A stretch of 63,896 nt of DNA, counting the filler, from Licmophora abbreviata (Eukaryota), in NCBI GenBank assembly GCA_900291995.1. It is 9 parts of 9 records of this genome, joined end to end, with 100 filler letters (N's around TTAATTAATTAA, not from the genome) between each part and the next. Parts side by side here need not be neighbours in the genome. Positions count along the whole stretch, not along the records: positions 42,620 to 47,227 come from OLMU01002692.1; positions 47,328 to 48,411 come from OLMU01002694.1; positions 48,512 to 53,066 come from OLMU01002695.1; positions 53,167 to 63,896 come from OLMU01002696.1; 5 more parts are not named here. The stretch is one strand, 5' to 3'. Positions 47,009 through 59,140 of the stretch are shown here, in pieces (position 1 is the stretch's first letter; each line of letters starts with the position of its first letter). The notes beneath the pieces were generated by a model. That model was not told where the DNA came from. It made no database searches and saw only the letters and a list, made by a program, of their open reading frames with translations. A program made the position numbers and the translations under genes.

Positions 47009-47227
47009 ATGGTGCCTCACCGTGCCCTGCAGGAGTCGGAAAGGTCCTTGTTCATGGATGCGGCCGAAGACCCCGCCATGAGCAGCAGCATCATCATGGA
47101 GGCGGCACCGTCACAGGCTGCATCAAGACTTGATGTCAGTTCGGCTCCTGCCTCGACAACAGCAGGGTCCCACAATCATCTCATTCTGACGTCCCTCTGT
47201 GCCGCGTTCTCGAGCTGGTCCTTGCTC
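47009..47227 (+). CDS. Possible 5' fragment of a membrane protein truncated by the gap
   Basis: ORF runs into the gap. It has an HRALQE motif and a hydrophobic segment LILTSLCAAFSSWSLL. Start uncertain. Confidence 0.3.
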
Positions 47228-47327
47228 NNNNNNNNNNNNNNNNNNNNNNNNNNNNNNNNNNNNNNNNNNNNTTAATTAATTAANNNNNNNNNNNNNNNNN
47301 NNNNNNNNNNNNNNNNNNNNNNNNNNN

Positions 47328-48115
47328 CATGCCATGTGCATTGCCCCCAGGATTATTCCGGATTTGTTTCTTGGTCTGTGTCTTGTAAATTTCCTGCAAG
47401 ATGCGCTGAAAGGCAGTGTCGACGCCGGTAGCGTCAAGTGCTGATGTTTCGATAAAGGCGAGGCCGTTCTTTCTCGCAAAGGAGCGACCGTCCCGTACAA
47501 AGACCGTGCGCTGATCGTTGAGATCCGTCTTGTTGCCTACGAGCATAATGAGGCAGTCCTTCTCAGCATTTTCTTCGACTTCCTTGAGCCACATGGGAAC
47601 GTGGTTGAACGAGTTGCGATCTGTCACATCGTACACGAGCAGTGCTCCCACCGCTCCGCGGTAGTACGACGAGGCAATGGATCGGTAACGCTCTTGACCA
47701 GCAGTGTCCCAGATTTGAGCCTTGACAAGCTTGTTATCCTCGATCTGAACAGTTTTGGTTGCAAACTCGACACCGATCGTACTCTTGGAATCTTTGTTGA
47801 ACTCGTTCTTGGTGAAGCGAAACACCAAGTTGGACTTGCCGACGCCCGAATCGCCCAAGAGAACAATCTTGAAGATGAACTAGAGGGGTACAGAGAGAAA
47901 AGGAGAGGAAGGTGAGCTGATAATGGTATACTTTGGAGCTGATGAGACCCCCCGAGCTATAAATCAGAAGCGGGTGGCCCTATGATATGCGTGAACCATG
48001 CTCTCTTGCTCTTAACTTCCATCGATCGCTTCGTCCTTTCATCATCATCGCGCCTGACCCGTCCGCAGTCCACATCGTCCAAGCAAGCACTCACGTCGTA
48101 GCTTTCGTTATCCAT
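47328..48115 (-). CDS. RAB11: Rab11-family small GTPase (C-terminus lost in gap)
   Basis: 21-nt exon 1 (MDNESYD) and intron 48094-47880. Motifs [43 protein letters not shown] and ETSA. Confidence 0.95.
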
Positions 48116-48253
48116 GACGCTCATAGTCCGGATCAGGAACGAAGCAGTGGGATTGCTGTCGTTCTGCTGCCGCGGTTGCTTTTGTGTATGGCACCGGAAG
48201 GATCAACTCGCGGATTTGGCGGCTTCATATCTCCTCCCTTCGATTTTATGACG

Positions 48254-48695
48254 GGGGGTCATTTAGAATGACCCATCAGAGATACTTTTTCGGGATTGGG
48301 CCGGATGCCTTTCTGAGACCAGTCGATCGAGTCGATTTCTCTCCACTGACTGACTCGACTCGATCACTCTCTTTCGACTTTCGACGCCTAACGGGTATCC
48401 TTCATACGACGNNNNNNNNNNNNNNNNNNNNNNNNNNNNNNNNNNNNNNNNNNNNTTAATTAATTAANNNNNNNNNNNNNNNNNNNNNNNNNNNNNNNNN
48501 NNNNNNNNNNNGGGGGTCATTTAGAATGACCCATCAGAGATACTTTTTCGGGATTGGGCCGGATGCCTTTCTGAGACCAGTCGATCGAGTCGATTTCTCT
48601 CCACTGACTGACTCGACTGACTGACTCGACTGACTGACTCGACTCGATCACTCTCTTTCGACTTTCGACGCCTAACGGGTATCCTTCATACGACG
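48254..48695. repeat. Duplicated ~158-nt segment on both sides of a gap, differing by a 13-nt tandem unit (1 vs 3 copies)
   Basis: 48254-48411 matches 48512-48695 except for two extra CTGACTGACTCGA units on the right. Confidence 0.9.
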
Positions 48696-49069
48696 TCAAG
48701 AAGAGGCTTAAGGAGGGATCGAGAACAGTTTGGAAGCCAATACTCTAAGCAATGGGAAACTGAAGAAATCGAGAAAACCTAGAGATAACAGCCTCACACA
48801 ACGGTTTAAGAAAGAAATCTACTAGCTAGCGGAACTCTAGATCTCTCACTTTCAGTCTGAAGTAGAGGTGCTCGGTGCGGTTGGTTTGGATTTTCTTTGG
48901 ATATCGATGCATAAGAAAATCAAGGGGATAGAGGACTAAAGCAGCAATCTGAGACTACTCTATATTCAACGGACAGAGTAGCATGCAATGTCAAAGCATA
49001 GTTGTAGCTTATCGATTGTAAGACGCGCGACAAATGTCATATAGGGGAGGCGCTTGAACATTCCGTTCA

Positions 49070-50443
49070 CTAGGACACGTGAGCGTTCGGCATTCCACTG
49101 AGTGCCTTCACGCCTCCCGCTGACGTGACAGCCTTGTGTGTTTTCCAAACGACATTGCCATTTTCGTCCGTCTTCAGATCGGGCGCCAACTTTTCGAACA
49201 TTTTCTTCTTGGCCACTTTATTTTCGGCTTCAGGAGCTCGCTCATCGACTCCGTCAAACTTGATTCGCTCTCCAATTGTGGCGCCTTCCGGTGGGACTAC
49301 AAACTCAACCTTGGAATGGTCATCATTCGAAGCACACAGCACCATGCCATGCGATGGAAAGCCCACGAGATTGCGAGCTTTCAAGTTGCTCAAGACCAGC
49401 ACGACACGATCCTGCAAGTCCTCGAGCTTGTAGAAAGGTCTCAACCCGGATGCAATATTTCGAGGCTTGTCTTCTCCTACGTCGACTTCTTCACAGAATA
49501 ACTTTTCAGCCTCTTCATGGTGCCAAACCTTGGTTATCTTTCCCACTCGAATGTCAAGCGCCGAGATATCCATTTCAGCTGCCGGAGCAGCTTGCTGTTG
49601 CGGCTGTTTCTTTTTCACCTGTTTGGCTGCTGCCTTCTTGGCGCGCTTCTCTGCTGCCGCCTGTTTCTGCTCCTCCGTCAAGCCGTCCCCGCCTTGCTTC
49701 TGCGATTGATCGCCTGCACCCGGCGCCTTGCTCGACGACATTGCCTTCTTTGACGTGGTGGTAGCTACCTTGGTCGGAGGCACAAGATCTTCTGTGCCAT
49801 GGAAGAAGACTGGCATCGACACACGTTCGCCTTCCACTGTCGGCAGAAGTTCAGGTATGGCTATGTCGTCCGTATTGTGTTGCAGAAGGGTAGCGTGGCA
49901 TTGTCTCAACCACCGCTGCACATGAGCCTGATGCTGGACGACGACTCCCTTCTCCGTCAAAGCCAAAGCCAGGTCCAAGTCCGCCAAAGTACAAGACGCC
50001 GCTGGAACCAAGAATGCTCGTGTTTCGAGATGCGTGTTCAAACTCTCCAAGAAACTGGCTTCGACATCCGTCTTGCGGCTGCGAACCGAAGTGTCGGCTA
50101 TCGATTGCCAACTGGAAATGCCTGCCATGGCCAGTGCCGAAATGGGCGACGCGGCTTTTCGAGACGCCTCTGCATGGCCACCCATGAGATAGTAGGGTGC
50201 ATGATCCAACGAATTGTGCAATGCCATGCCACAGAGCGCTCTCAAGATGGCATTGCGCTCCTTCAAGACGGTCGATCCCTCCAGAATATGCAAGGATAAG
50301 TCGGATCCCTTTTTCTTCGTCTTGACCGTCAACTGAAGGCTGGAAGTCAGCTTGACTACCCAGTGCAGTAAAATATCTTTCTCTAGCAAGGGAGCGGCCA
50401 CATTGAGCGTGCACAGCGCCGAAGCTGAGGCTACTTTCGTCAT
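49070..50443 (-). CDS. Arc1p/AIMP1-like aminoacyl-tRNA synthetase cofactor (GST-like N-terminus plus EMAP II tRNA-binding domain)
   Basis: LDIRVGKI..V..H..AEKLFCEEVDVGE..PR.IASGL...NLK.R.L.GFPSHGMVLCA. N-terminal LN.HL..RAFLV....TLADL GST-C motif and a Lys-rich linker. Confidence 0.88.
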   Translation of the reverse strand: MTKVASASALCTLNVAAPLLEKDILLHWVVKLTSSLQLTVKTKKKGSDLSLHILEGSTVLKERNAILRALCGMALHNSLDHAPYYLMGGHAEASRKAASPISALAMAGISSWQSIADTSVRSRKTDVEASFLESLNTHLETRAFLVPAASCTLADLDLALALTEKGVVVQHQAHVQRWLRQCHATLLQHNTDDIAIPELLPTVEGERVSMPVFFHGTEDLVPPTKVATTTSKKAMSSSKAPGAGDQSQKQGGDGLTEEQKQAAAEKRAKKAAAKQVKKKQPQQQAAPAAEMDISALDIRVGKITKVWHHEEAEKLFCEEVDVGEDKPRNIASGLRPFYKLEDLQDRVVLVLSNLKARNLVGFPSHGMVLCASNDDHSKVEFVVPPEGATIGERIKFDGVDERAPEAENKVAKKKMFEKLAPDLKTDENGNVVWKTHKAVTSAGGVKALSGMPNAHVS

Positions 50444-50706
50444 GGTCGAATCGTCCACACGTATGAACCATAAAAATGGCGCCATCGGGATGGAAAAGGA
50501 AGTTTGTGGCGGACACAGCATATCAGTCTCGATACGGGCGACAGCAGACGCATCGAACCAGTCGAAAATCTCTTCTAAAATCATACGACGTCGAGAGTTG
50601 GACTTGCAGACTCGACTAAAGTCGAGTCATCACAGTCTATTACGTAGGATACTAGCCTTATAGTTTAACTAGCACCACAATGGATGTTCAGCGTGGCCCA
50701 AACGTG

Positions 50707-52260
50707 TCATCTGCTTTCGCTGTTCCCTTTCTTGACCTTGCTCAGCGATTCCTGGTGGGCCTTCTTTCCCTTCTTTACGCTCTTCTGTAACAAACTCTTC
50801 AGCTCCTCGTTTTCAGGATCCAACTTTACTCCCTCCCATGCTGCTACCGCCGCATCTTCATACAGTTCCAGTGCCAACCGAGCAACACCTAAGCGATAGC
50901 ATGCCTTTGGCCAGTCCGGTCGCAAGTGACGCGCCACGACGGCGTCGTTCAGCGCATCGTTTGGAAGATCCAGCATCATGTAGCAAGCGGATCGGTTCGA
51001 GTAGAATGTTGCATCCGTGGGATCTGCTTTGATGGCCTCCGTATACGACTCAACCCCGCCTTTCCAGTCCTTTTTGGCGAACGCAGAGTTGCCTTGTGCC
51101 TTCAACTCTATCGCACGGGTCCTATCGTCGTCCGAAACTTTCATTTTGGACACGCTCAAGGCATGTAGTCGCGCTTCTGTCTCAATACCATTGTCGCTAG
51201 AGGCACTAGTCGACTGATCTGCACCATCAGCGTCGCTAGTACTCTTCCTATCTGTCTTTCGGATCGCCTGTCGCTCGGCAATAAGCACCCGTGCTGCCTC
51301 GTCGTCGTTTTCGCCATCCGGCAATAGCAGCATAACGCAGCCCACATGACCCTCGCGCGCTGCGAGATCCAGAGGAGTTGAGCCTTCGTCATGCTTGCGT
51401 TCAATGTAGTCTTTCGCCAACGACACCTCCTCCTTGGTGTCCATTTCGAACAAGGCCGCCAGCGTCCCAACCAGATTCATTTCTGCCGCCATGTGAAAGA
51501 GCGTCACGTTTCCGGGGAGAATGATGGAGCGATCTGCTCCTGATAGGACAAGACACTTGGCGTGCTTATCGTTGCCAGCTGCCGCAGCCATGACGACCGC
51601 AGGGAAGCCACCTTCATTCTTGGCGTTAATGTCTGCGCCGCAGTCTAGCAGCGCACATATCGTCTCGGTATAATCGATATCGGCTTCCACTGTAACAGCC
51701 CAGAGTAAGGGAGGTCCGATTTTATTGGAGGCTGTCTCCAAGGCCACCTTGCCACACTCAACGAGACGCCGAACGGTCGCCGGTGTGGCACCAGCGCCCG
51801 AAGCGTAGTGCAAAGCGGTCGCACCATCTCGCGATCGCGCCAAGGCCAATTTTGGTCCACCAACGTTCAAGATGGCATCGACACGGCTTTCAAGTACGTT
51901 CGGGTCTGAGTGTCTCGCCGCAATCATGAGCGGGGTAATACCGTCCTTGTCTTTGAAAGCGCAGAGCGACTCGACGGATGCTTTTGGAAGCCAGTTCGAA
52001 AGCAACAACATTTCGACAAGATCTTCTTCTTTCTTCGGACTCTGACACGCCCAATGAAGCACCGTGCGCTTGTCTGCATCTTTGCATTGCAGTAGGACAT
52101 CGTCAGGCTTGATAGAATTATCTTGACTGTACTGCGTAGCGAGCTTCTTGAGCTCCGTGCCGTTGCCACTCCGTCCTGCGTCAAAGAGCTTTTCGAGAAA
52201 GGCTTGTTCCTCCTTCGCAACCAAGCCCGCATTCTGCATCTTGGTAGTTAAGCCCTCCAT
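50707..52260 (-). CDS. Ankyrin-repeat plus TPR domain protein
   Basis: Ankyrin motifs (RTVLHWAC, GITPLMIAA, GATALHYAS, GSTPLDLAA), then TPRs (LKAQGNSAF, FYSNRSACY, WPKACYRLG). Confidence 0.9.
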   Translation of the reverse strand: MEGLTTKMQNAGLVAKEEQAFLEKLFDAGRSGNGTELKKLATQYSQDNSIKPDDVLLQCKDADKRTVLHWACQSPKKEEDLVEMLLLSNWLPKASVESLCAFKDKDGITPLMIAARHSDPNVLESRVDAILNVGGPKLALARSRDGATALHYASGAGATPATVRRLVECGKVALETASNKIGPPLLWAVTVEADIDYTETICALLDCGADINAKNEGGFPAVVMAAAAGNDKHAKCLVLSGADRSIILPGNVTLFHMAAEMNLVGTLAALFEMDTKEEVSLAKDYIERKHDEGSTPLDLAAREGHVGCVMLLLPDGENDDEAARVLIAERQAIRKTDRKSTSDADGADQSTSASSDNGIETEARLHALSVSKMKVSDDDRTRAIELKAQGNSAFAKKDWKGGVESYTEAIKADPTDATFYSNRSACYMMLDLPNDALNDAVVARHLRPDWPKACYRLGVARLALELYEDAAVAAWEGVKLDPENEELKSLLQKSVKKGKKAHQESLSKVKKGNSESR

Positions 52261-52671
52261 CGCGATCTGCGTGAGGCGTTTATCGCTATTGCAGCTACAA
52301 GAGCAGTTAAACGATGTCGCCGACGACGAGTCGATGGATGATGGACCGCAGGCCGCCGATCGCGTCTTCAGCGTCGTGCGCTTCATCGCGCGTGTTTGCG
52401 GCCAGATCGCTCTGGCCACTCATCATACCGGTACTCTGACTACATTCTCTAACCCGTTCGACTCCAGTGTCGGCGGAAGGAAACAACGCCCCGAGAGATC
52501 AAGTTACCAGCTAGCACAATCACTGTAGATGCGACACGATGAGTTAGCCTATAGACATACTCCCATGTCTTTTGTACAAGGCAGCAGGCGACAGCACACA
52601 TATTCCCAAGTCGGAAAATGTTAAATTTGTAGTACCAGAGACGAGACTGCGAGCTACGGCGTAGATTGGTC

Positions 52672-52731
52672 CCTATGTGAAATTGCCCCTCCTCTCTTAT
52701 TCCTATGTGAAATTGCCCCTCCTCTCTTATT
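52672..52731. repeat. Perfect 30-nt tandem duplication
   Basis: CCTATGTGAAATTGCCCCTCCTCTCTTATT x2, abutting the stop codon of the minus-strand gene. Confidence 0.9.
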
Positions 52732-54370
52732 TATGCAACGGGAGACAGCCAAACAGTTCCATCGTCAGAGGATGCTTCAGTCTCGGCTTCGCATCCCGCT
52801 GGAGGTATCGGTGTTAGCCACAGGCGGGGTCCGCCGTTCAGAAGCTGCTCCCCTCGATAAGCCAGCGTCCGTCGAAGATGGGCAAAGTACAGTGTTATAC
52901 CGAACAGACAGACCCCTACCACTCCAGCAACGACGTAGAAAAAGATCGTGCTGCTAGTCACGGCGTTCACGCTGTTGCAGCCAGCAAGTCGCATGCATGT
53001 GAGACAAATTGGACAATCCTGTGGGCACAAATGCATGTCGCTACATCGAAGCCTCCCATCGCTCATNNNNNNNNNNNNNNNNNNNNNNNNNNNNNNNNNN
53101 NNNNNNNNNNTTAATTAATTAANNNNNNNNNNNNNNNNNNNNNNNNNNNNNNNNNNNNNNNNNNNNACATCCATAATGTCTCGTAGGTGTCGCAGTTTTG
53201 GATGTCGAACGAGGATTCCCAACCGTCACCGCCCCCATCTCCATTGCTGCCGTCATTGTCACCGTTTTGGCCCCCATCACTACCGTCGCCGTCGTTGCTA
53301 CCGCTTCCATCATAGTCTCCGTCTCCCCCACTTCCACCTGGTTGTAGAACGTAGTTATCGGATATAAAATGAGGATTACAGTGGAACTCAAGACGAGTGT
53401 AAATATACAGTCGTATGCATAGATCCTACCATTACTTCCACTGCCGTCATCCCCATCACCGTTACCACCTGCATACGGTGCGTTTCGAAAGCAAGTGTGA
53501 TGCTTGAGTTGGGTTGATACATGACACACTGCATCAGGACCAAAGAATAGCAAAGCTAGATCTTACCGTTCCCACCATTGCCACCGTCTCCTGCAATACG
53601 ATAATGATCAGAATTCGAAGTGAGGAGAGCGTTGAAACCAAACCATGAAATGGCGTACAAGCGGTCCAAGCGTACCGTTACTTCCTCCTGTGTGTTTGAA
53701 ATTCAACCCGAAAAGAAATGTGAACGCTTCGGAGCTTCTCATTTCGTTAAGCAAAATAAAACGATGGACTTACCACCGCTGCCACTGTCACCTCCAGAGG
53801 ACCCACTGCCGCCACCCCCACCGCTGTCGGATCCTCCTTTTCCCTTGCCACCTTTTCCTTTGCCACCTTTTCCCTTGCCTCCTTTCCCTTTGCCACCTTT
53901 TCCTTTGCCCTCGTAGGAGCAGTCAGGAGCCTCGCTCGAGAAGATCCAGCTAGATTGCAGTTGATTATTCGACATATCAAGGCACCCGTTGTAACTTGAC
54001 GTACTCCCTTTGCCCTTTCCTCCTTTGGCAGAACGAGACGACGCAGGAATTCAAGATGTTTAGAGTCGAGAAGAAACGAATTCATCAAAATAGCGGCATT
54101 CAACTGCAACTTACGACCGAGTAGGCCTAGTAATTTTATACGCCGATGGTACTCATCGTAGTCTGATGGATTCATGGATATGTCTTGGATAAAGCGAGAT
54201 GGAAGAGTCTGTTGCCGAGCGCTGTCATCAGGGCGCAGTTTTCCGCGGCCGTCGAGCAATGGTGACTTGGCGCCAACTGAAGTTGTCGCAACCAAGAAAC
54301 ATGAGGCGCATGCTACTCCAAAGATTCTTGTTGATCTTTTCTGGCGCTTTCTTGACCCTGGTCGTGTCAT
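52731..54370 (-). CDS. Type I membrane protein with (GKGKG)n and G/D/N/S-rich ectodomain, a Cys-rich domain and TM helix; multi-micro-exon gene
   Basis: Exons 54370-54115, 54022-54005, ~53911-53774, 53687-53676, 53590-53567, 53468-53430, 53337-gap and gap-52731. Signal peptide, FDIQNCDTYETLWM, CPQDCPICLTC...GC and TM FFYVVAGVVGVCLFGITLYF. Confidence 0.75.
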
Positions 54371-54803
54371 TCTAGCTTTTCTACAATCGATTGTGCTTCT
54401 GGAGGTTGCCGACGCCCATTCCCATGACTGATATACTCTGCCGAGCAGCTTGTATGATGCGATCGATTGAGCGAGTTGAATGACTCGCAAAGAGATGTCG
54501 GCGCGCTCTGCGATATATTTTTATATACATCCGCCAACACTACAAATACGTCATGATATTCTTATAGTGTATAAATCACTCCCAAAGGACAGACCACATG
54601 CGTTCAACTCACAAACTCAATCGCCGAAAGTCACAACGCAAAAATGCCGTCTGTCCATCTTCAATCTCGTCACCCGTGACTGCTTCGTTCTTGGGTTCGC
54701 ATTCGAACCAAAAAACATCAATGCGAACGACGAACGACGACACCATGATTTTTCCCACTTTATGAACTCCTTGTCCATCAAAAATAGAGAAAACAATTCA
54801 GCC

Positions 54804-56378
54804 ATGTATCAATCTCTGCTCTTGCTTGGACTTCTTTTGGCTCGCCTGAACGTGGTGAGCGGCGCAGAAGCTTCTTTGCAGGCGTCGGTGCCAGGAAAAT
54901 ATGGCAAGCTTTCCGCGCCCACGCACAACGAAACGGAAAGCATGACCAAGACTTGTGCTGATGAAAGTGTTGAAGAAGGTGTGGCGACCATCAGTTATCG
55001 GTACGTGTATAGCTCTCTGGCTGAAGCGAACGATGACTTGCGTCGCAGCTTTGTCTCTTTCCTAACACGCCCGTCATATCGCTCGCTCGTACGCTCGTAC
55101 CCCATCACCACGACGCACAGTCATCGTCAAGTGGAGGCGAATCTAATCGAAACAACCTTTGGTGTCGATCAGAACGTCGCCGATGTCAACAATCGAGAAG
55201 CCATCTTCGATGTCCTCGATGCTTCCGAAACCTATATGATCACGGTCAACACGGACTCAGACTTTCGCGCCGTCAAGAACAACTGCCGCAATCAACACGA
55301 GTCCTGCACATTCTGGAGTGTCTTGGGCGAATGCGACAAGAATCCCAGCTACATGACCATTCAGTGCGCACCCGCCTGTCAGACGTGTGAAAAGCTCTTG
55401 TATGAGAACCGCTGTCCATGGGAGCCAGAAGATACCAAGAGCGTCTTTGAACAGCCAGGTGACGTCAGTCGGATGTTTGAGCGCATCATTTCGGACCCCG
55501 CCCTTGCATATCTCGAACCCAAGGTCATTTCTCGTCCCAGCCCAGGTGAGGATGAGCCTGATGTCTTGGATGGTCCCTGGATGTTGATCTTTGATAACTT
55601 TGTCTCCGAACAAGAGGCCGATAAACTGATTGAGCTGGGTGCGCTCGAGGGGTACGAGCGATCTGCCGACGTCGGGGAGATGAAGTTCGATGGAACCTTT
55701 GAATCCAGCGTAAACTCGGGAAGGACTTCCCACAACTCGTGGTGCCAAAATGAGTGCGCCCAGGATCCCGTCGCGATCGAAGTTGCGGCCCGTATTGCAA
55801 ACGTTACCCACGTTCCGTACAACAATTCAGAGTATCTCCAGATGCTTCGTTACGAAGAAGGTGTGTATTGAATGCGCGACGGAGACTGGCAAGGGAACGT
55901 TTACTTCTTTTCGCTCACACCACTGATATCACAATGACCTTTCCATTCTTCTCACAATAAGACCAATTCTACAATGTCCACCACGACCTCATTGAGCACC
56001 AGCGAGACCGACAGCCCGGAGAACGAATCCTTACTCTCTACATGTACTTGAATGATGTCGAAGAAGGCGGCGGCACTGAATTCCCGAACATGGGAGTTAC
56101 TGTGACACCGAAGAAAGGTCGCGCTGCGCTGTGGCCCAGCGTGTCTGACGCTGATCCTCGCGTCAAGGAAGATAAGACCTATCATGCCGCGCTTCCTGTC
56201 AAAAAGGGAATAAAGTATGGAGGTGAGTTTCGCGCTTGTGATACCTTTGTTGTGCTTCCTATGGAAGAGAATCGTTATCCTCACTAGTTCCCCGTTTTGC
56301 TTGTATTCTCAATCTTCAGCTAACGCATGGCTACACCAACGCGATTTCAAGAGCCCCAACTTGATCGGCTGCACATAG
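54804..56378 (+). CDS. Prolyl 4-hydroxylase (2OG-Fe(II) oxygenase) with ShKT domain
   Basis: Signal peptide, ShK domain (C.N.HESC..W...GEC.KNP.YM...CAPAC..C), RTS, SE.LQ.LRY, HHD, YLNDVEEGGGT.FP and H..LPV.KG.KY.AN.W. Introns 55001-55120, 55861-55961 and 56223-56319. Confidence 0.92.
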
Positions 56379-56928
56379 GCTTGTTGGGGGTAGGAGATGT
56401 CGACCGAACGACATCTGTAATTCGTATACTAGTAACTCGGATAGATCCACGGTTCATCTGTCTCTCACGCTCATATGCTTTGCAGTGTTGCGCAAGAACC
56501 CCGATCCCCGCTTTCCACTTCCCAGCTACGAAAGCACAGCCAAGGCTAAATCGTGCCGCTCTCTAGATTAGAAGCGGAGAAAGGAGTTGCTTGTGGAGTG
56601 CATCTACTATGAGCTTTGCCTGATCTTTGTGAATCTGGAAAATTTGCTTGCGGATTCAGCGCGGCACAGTAGCCTCGACAAGAATACAAGATTGCTACGG
56701 GTCGCGCGAAGAGAAGTTTGAACACACCGTTCGGCGAAATGTCACTGCGACAACTGATCGAGAATCTTAGCAGCGTGCGTTCTCACAATTTGGAATGACC
56801 ACAGCACACAAACCTGCAGAACTCTTGTGAGAGACGCGTGGTTGGTCATCTTCCACTTGAACTGCAACTGCTGCTGCGTGCTCTTCCTGTTGTTGCGCTG
56901 CCTGAGCAGCAGAGGGACAATCAGCATA

Positions 56929-58740
56929 ATGTCTCATTCGATATTATTGGACCCGTTCTACTCCACGTTCGCGGCTTCGATACGCAGCGTCGGTACAGCT
57001 AGCACGCTGGCCGCAGTCGGTGTGTACCTGCACCGGCGCAAGTTTGTGACGACATCGGGCAAACGAACACTCGCTTTGATCTCCCAGCAGGTCACCATCC
57101 CACTCTTTCTTTTTACCAATATCAACTGCAACCAGAACTGGTCTAGTGCTCCCTGTCCAGACATTCGAAGTAGCTTGAGTGATGTTTGGGTCCTCCTGTT
57201 TTGGCCTGTGTTTGTCGTGTCCTGTGGCTTAGTCGTGGGATGGTTGGCAGCATGGGCGAGTCAAACTCCGCCTCAATCAAGAAAGAGTGTCTTGGTGGCA
57301 TGTGCCTTTGGGAACAGTACTGGCCTACCGATAACACTTTTGACTGTGGTGCATGCCAATTTCAAAGATACCAAGCTGGGACAAGTCGATCCTACCCTGT
57401 TTCTGTCGATCTATCTTTTATTGTACCCAGTGCTACAGTGGGGTATTGGCGGCTGGTTATTAGCGCCCGAGGAAGACACAGATAGAAGTAGTGATCACAT
57501 GGACGACACAATGCGCCTCTTGTCGCCCAAGTCGCTCGAGGAGAATGGAGCTGCGGATGTGTTGACAGGAACACTCCCGCACGACTCACAGTCGCGACGA
57601 CCCACTCGACGAAATAGCATCACCCTTGGACGAAACGTGCTCAACAACAAGCAGACGACGAAATTGTACAAGGAGTCACGACGCGGTATGCATGAGACTG
57701 GCGCTAGTCTTTACATAAGTGACGCCGATTTGGTCGAGCTTGGAAAGAAGCAATCGCATCCGACGGCGATTGAGATGAAGCAACATTCAATCACGAGCAA
57801 CGAAGAGCAGCTGCACGCCAAGACAACCAGCTCTCAACAAGATTGCAAATCGACATCAATTGAAACGATCAAATCAGCTTCGGTGGAAGGGGAGGATTCC
57901 ATTTTGGCAACACTCCAAGAGATTGCATCTCGGTGTCTGCAGCCGCCCGCTGTAGCGGCCATGTTGGGCTTGTTGGTCGCTGTTACACCACTGCAGGGGA
58001 TCTTTGTCGATACTGATGCGCCGCTGGAGTGGTTCTTCGACGGACTGTATGCTGTAGGTCAAGCAGCCGTACCTATCAACAGTGAGTACTGCTGTGTGCA
58101 GACCGGGAAGAACGAATTAAGAACAGCTATGATACAGACTCACCTCTCGTTTCTTGCTTGGCCGCATGGATCATCAGTGATTATTCTTGGCTGTAACCTC
58201 TCAGCAAGTCAATTAAAGACGAGATCACCTCTCTTGTTATCGCGCCGAACGATGCTAGCGATCGTGATTGGGAAAATGCTAATCATGCCAGCAATAGGCA
58301 TTTTTTCAGTCATAATTCTCAAGTCGCATATATGGAATGTCCCGGATGGTGAGTTTGCGGTGGAGACATGTCCTGTAGATTTACAAGCCGGTCCTCTCAA
58401 ATGGCGGTCTTCATGTCGTTTTTTGCTTTCAGGTATCGACGCATCTTTGTTCTTGGTAGCAATGATTGTATTTATAACGCCGACAGGTAAGACGAAAGTG
58501 TCGACCTGAGATATCGACTCGTGATGACTGGCCAGATCGTTTCTGATCAACGTACGTCACTTACCCCCATCTCCCTGCGTACCCAACTTGCCTGAAGCGA
58601 ACAACGTCATGATCATGGTCGAGCTTAGCGGTAGCGGATCCAAAGAAGGGATCGCACAAGTGATCATGTGGCAATACGCGATCGCTCCTCTCGTTTTGAG
58701 TCTCACCATGTCGGTAGCCGTCTGGGTCGTGCGCGAGTGA
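56929..58740 (+). CDS. Auxin efflux carrier / PIN-LIKES (AEC family) membrane transporter, 4 exons
   Basis: ISQQVTIP, ACAFGNSTGLPITLL, QPP..A..LG, GQAAVP...ILG, K.LIMP and TP(T)ANN motifs. Introns ~58082-58177, ~58349-58432 and ~58487-58597. Confidence 0.88.
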
Positions 58741-59140
58741 TTAGTCAAGAAATTGCAGGCTTGGAAGAAGCCTTATTTTGTTTTGATGGCATGTAAGTCG
58801 TGATTTCGGTCTAATTTTGATAGAATAGAGTACCACTGAAGAGATTTGCATCATACCGGTGGGCTGGAGTAGGCGCCAAAGTGTATTCAAACACAATGTT
58901 GATGCGAGCTCCACGAGCTAGCATGTGAGCTCACAGCCACACGCACATATCACGCAGCCACACACAAAAGATTGACTGCGGCGCGACACGCAGAACATTC
59001 GATCCCTTCACATCGTATCGACACGACGGAGAGAAGAATTCAGTGCCTGTTGTTGGTGTTGGAGAATATTTTCCTGTCTGTTTGTATATCTAGGTTACAT
59101 GTTTGTCTGAGAAATCACCGGGGCGTTGTGGATTGGAAGA

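Noticed and set aside
11883..53166. Recurring TTAATTAATTAA element flanked by Ns (eight copies) as a biological repeat, CRISPR repeat or TE target site
   Set aside because: The 100-nt structure is identical each time and has stops in all six frames, so it is an artificial scaffolding linker.
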